Assembly (NCBI GenBank): GCA_965235115.1
Contig: OZ249436.1
Span: 36,520,001 to 36,584,000 of the forward strand
Length of the DNA: 64,000 nt
Direction: 5' to 3'
Source: Laetmonice hystrix
Lineage: Eukaryota
Shown: positions 62,101 through 64,000 of the stretch, piece after piece
Layout of the letters: the number at the start of each line of letters is the position of its first letter
Position numbering within the stretch: the stretch's first letter is position 1
Position numbers and translations under genes: made by a program
Notes under the pieces: model-generated
Told to the model about the DNA's origin: nothing
Databases searched by the model: none
Seen by the model: only the letters and a program-made list of their open reading frames with translations

Positions 62101-64000
62101 GAGCTTGGCAGTGCAATATGGCTTACCGGGGCATACCGGTGGGCCCACAGGGGGAAAGAACATCGCATCATGTAGGAGAAACCTATTAGAATCGCAACCT
62201 TATCCCTAGTATCAGTCTTCAGTTGTTACAAAGGAAGTGGGTTATCAAACAGTTACTCTTGAGATAAGGCGGCAAGACGAAAATAAAAAGTATGATAGCA
62301 GTGATTATGTCAAATAAAAAGTCTAATAGCAGTGATAATGTCAGGGTTATCATTAGGCTCCAAATTCGCTTTTTCTCTGCCTGACGCCGGACTGGATGAG
62401 ACACGTACTGCTGTGTCAGTACAAGCAGAACAAGGTCATGATGAAGTACTGTGTCCTGACAGTGCAAACTTCAGATGTACACGATTTTTTTTCAAGTTAA
62501 AACAACTGTAAATTTCTGTTTGGCTTTTTTCATCCACTGGCGCGAAGGAACAGTTCAGACAGCTTAGATCTTGAATGAAAATTGGCTGAAGCAGAACGCT
62601 CCAATTTCGAAAGTTTGCTCAACAAATGTGATCAGATCCATGGTGAATGTAGCAAGTACATGTAGTTTGCCTGCAGCCTTTTGGCAGCGGCAGGCCTTCA
62701 ATGAGCGACCTGATAGCACCTGTGAACGTGGCAGCCAGATTTTATTTGACCCAGGGAGAAGGCGGAGGAGAACAGTGCACACCATCTGTATACTGTAGGT
62801 GAGGACCGGGGGCGGTTAGGTTCCAATACGTGCGCACGCTCCTTGCCACGGTAAGATGGAATATCATGTCATGTTCTAGGATTTCATTAGAGGAACAGGA
62901 GAGAGTCCCCAGGGACACCTTGCAGTGTCTTGTCACATCATAATCACGTTGAGAACGGGTGACGGTCACAGCAGCAACAACAGCTGCTCTTCACGGGGAA
63001 AATGGCAAGGGGATTGGCTGAGCTTCTACAGTATGTCCAAAAAAAAATGATAGTCTTTAGGTGCGCAATACACTTAGATATTTTAGAGGATTGTCGAATT
63101 TTGAAGTTGAAGTTGAACATAAAGTTTGATCCCCCTAGATAACTCTCAGAAGGTTTGGTGTTGACAGGGTCACGCATTACTGATCACAACCAGTATCTCT
63201 TTTTGACATTCAGACAATGGAACACAGACTATCAATTTTCTGGGGACATACTGTATATTGGCGATTTGGTGAGGTGTTGCTTTATTGTAACATCCATGAG
63301 AAAGTAAGAGGTCAGCAATGGATCTGTGGTTGGAGGCACGGATATCGGGCTAATATGTAATGGACAACATTCCGAGAATCGTTGCCCGGAGAAAAAATGT
63401 CAGAATAAATAGAAGCACCCCTTGTTAGGGACGGTAAGTATTTTCCATAAATCCAGGAAGCCCCGATAGCAATACATTATAGTCAGAGGCTGTTTGGATA
63501 ACGGTGTTTTTTGTGTTTTGTCTGGCAGTAGTGGGCGTGTGGACTATGCTGATAAGTTAGAAGTAAGAACAGATAGGTGCCTAGACTATTTCCATCGTAA
63601 TAGAAAATCAAATCAAATATAATCATTCCGCTTATTTTGTCGGTATTATTAATGATAGACTGTGTGCACCCCTATGGTGAAGAGAAAGAAGTTTGTTAGA
63701 AGCTTCAGTGTTTTAGCCAGATGGACGGAAGGGGTGTGGGTGGGGACCGATGGATGGAAGATAAGGGTGGGCTGATTTATGGCACCTCAATATGTGCTAT
63801 CCCCCATGTGTGGTCCATGTGGATCAGGCCATCTCATGCTATTACCCATGTACAATGCTACTGTCAGCCTCCTCATAAACAAGCTTTCACTGAGCGAGAA
63901 CTTATCTCGCCAAGGGCCAGCCATACTGCATCAGTTTAGACATGTTTTTCTCTGCTTGTGCTCGTGTCAGGTTGAATGTTGATTACAAAAAACCATCTGG

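Noticed and set aside
59177..64000. Furin exon 3 (expected W.EQQ..K.R.KR primary cleavage site)
   Set aside because: No such motif was found in the remaining window; the exon presumably lies downstream.

Overview
Eukaryotic genomic DNA, AT-rich and intron-rich, probably from a marine invertebrate (inferred from the SINE and MITE content; the taxon cannot be fixed from the sequence). No prokaryotic genes, CRISPR arrays, rRNA or intact tRNA are supported, and nearly all ORFs in the supplied track are spurious. Two spliced genes lie head-to-head. (1) Minus strand: an N-Ank ankyrin-repeat gene of the RAI14 (ankycorbin)/UACA/ANKRD24 family. Ten coding exons with consistent GT-AG phases run from the ATG at 33966 down to 1605; its 3' end is not resolved. 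(2) Plus strand: a furin-type proprotein convertase, with a signal-peptide/prodomain exon at 38946-39098 and a second prodomain exon at 59078-59176; the rest lies beyond the window. A candidate shared promoter sits at about 38.55-38.66 kb. Introns hold many minisatellites (19, 33, 42, 50, 54, 60 and 71 bp units), a full-length V-domain tRNA-SINE with a 14-bp target-site duplication (TSD), several MITEs and a decayed LINE 3' end. The most unusual object is a perfect A-B-A-B-A array at 35274-36158. Its 217-bp A unit carries a tRNA-type Pol III A/B box, a polypurine tract abuts the start of each internal A, and GTAC flanks both ends. This resembles a tandem TRIM/Cassandra-like mini-retroelement but is unproven.
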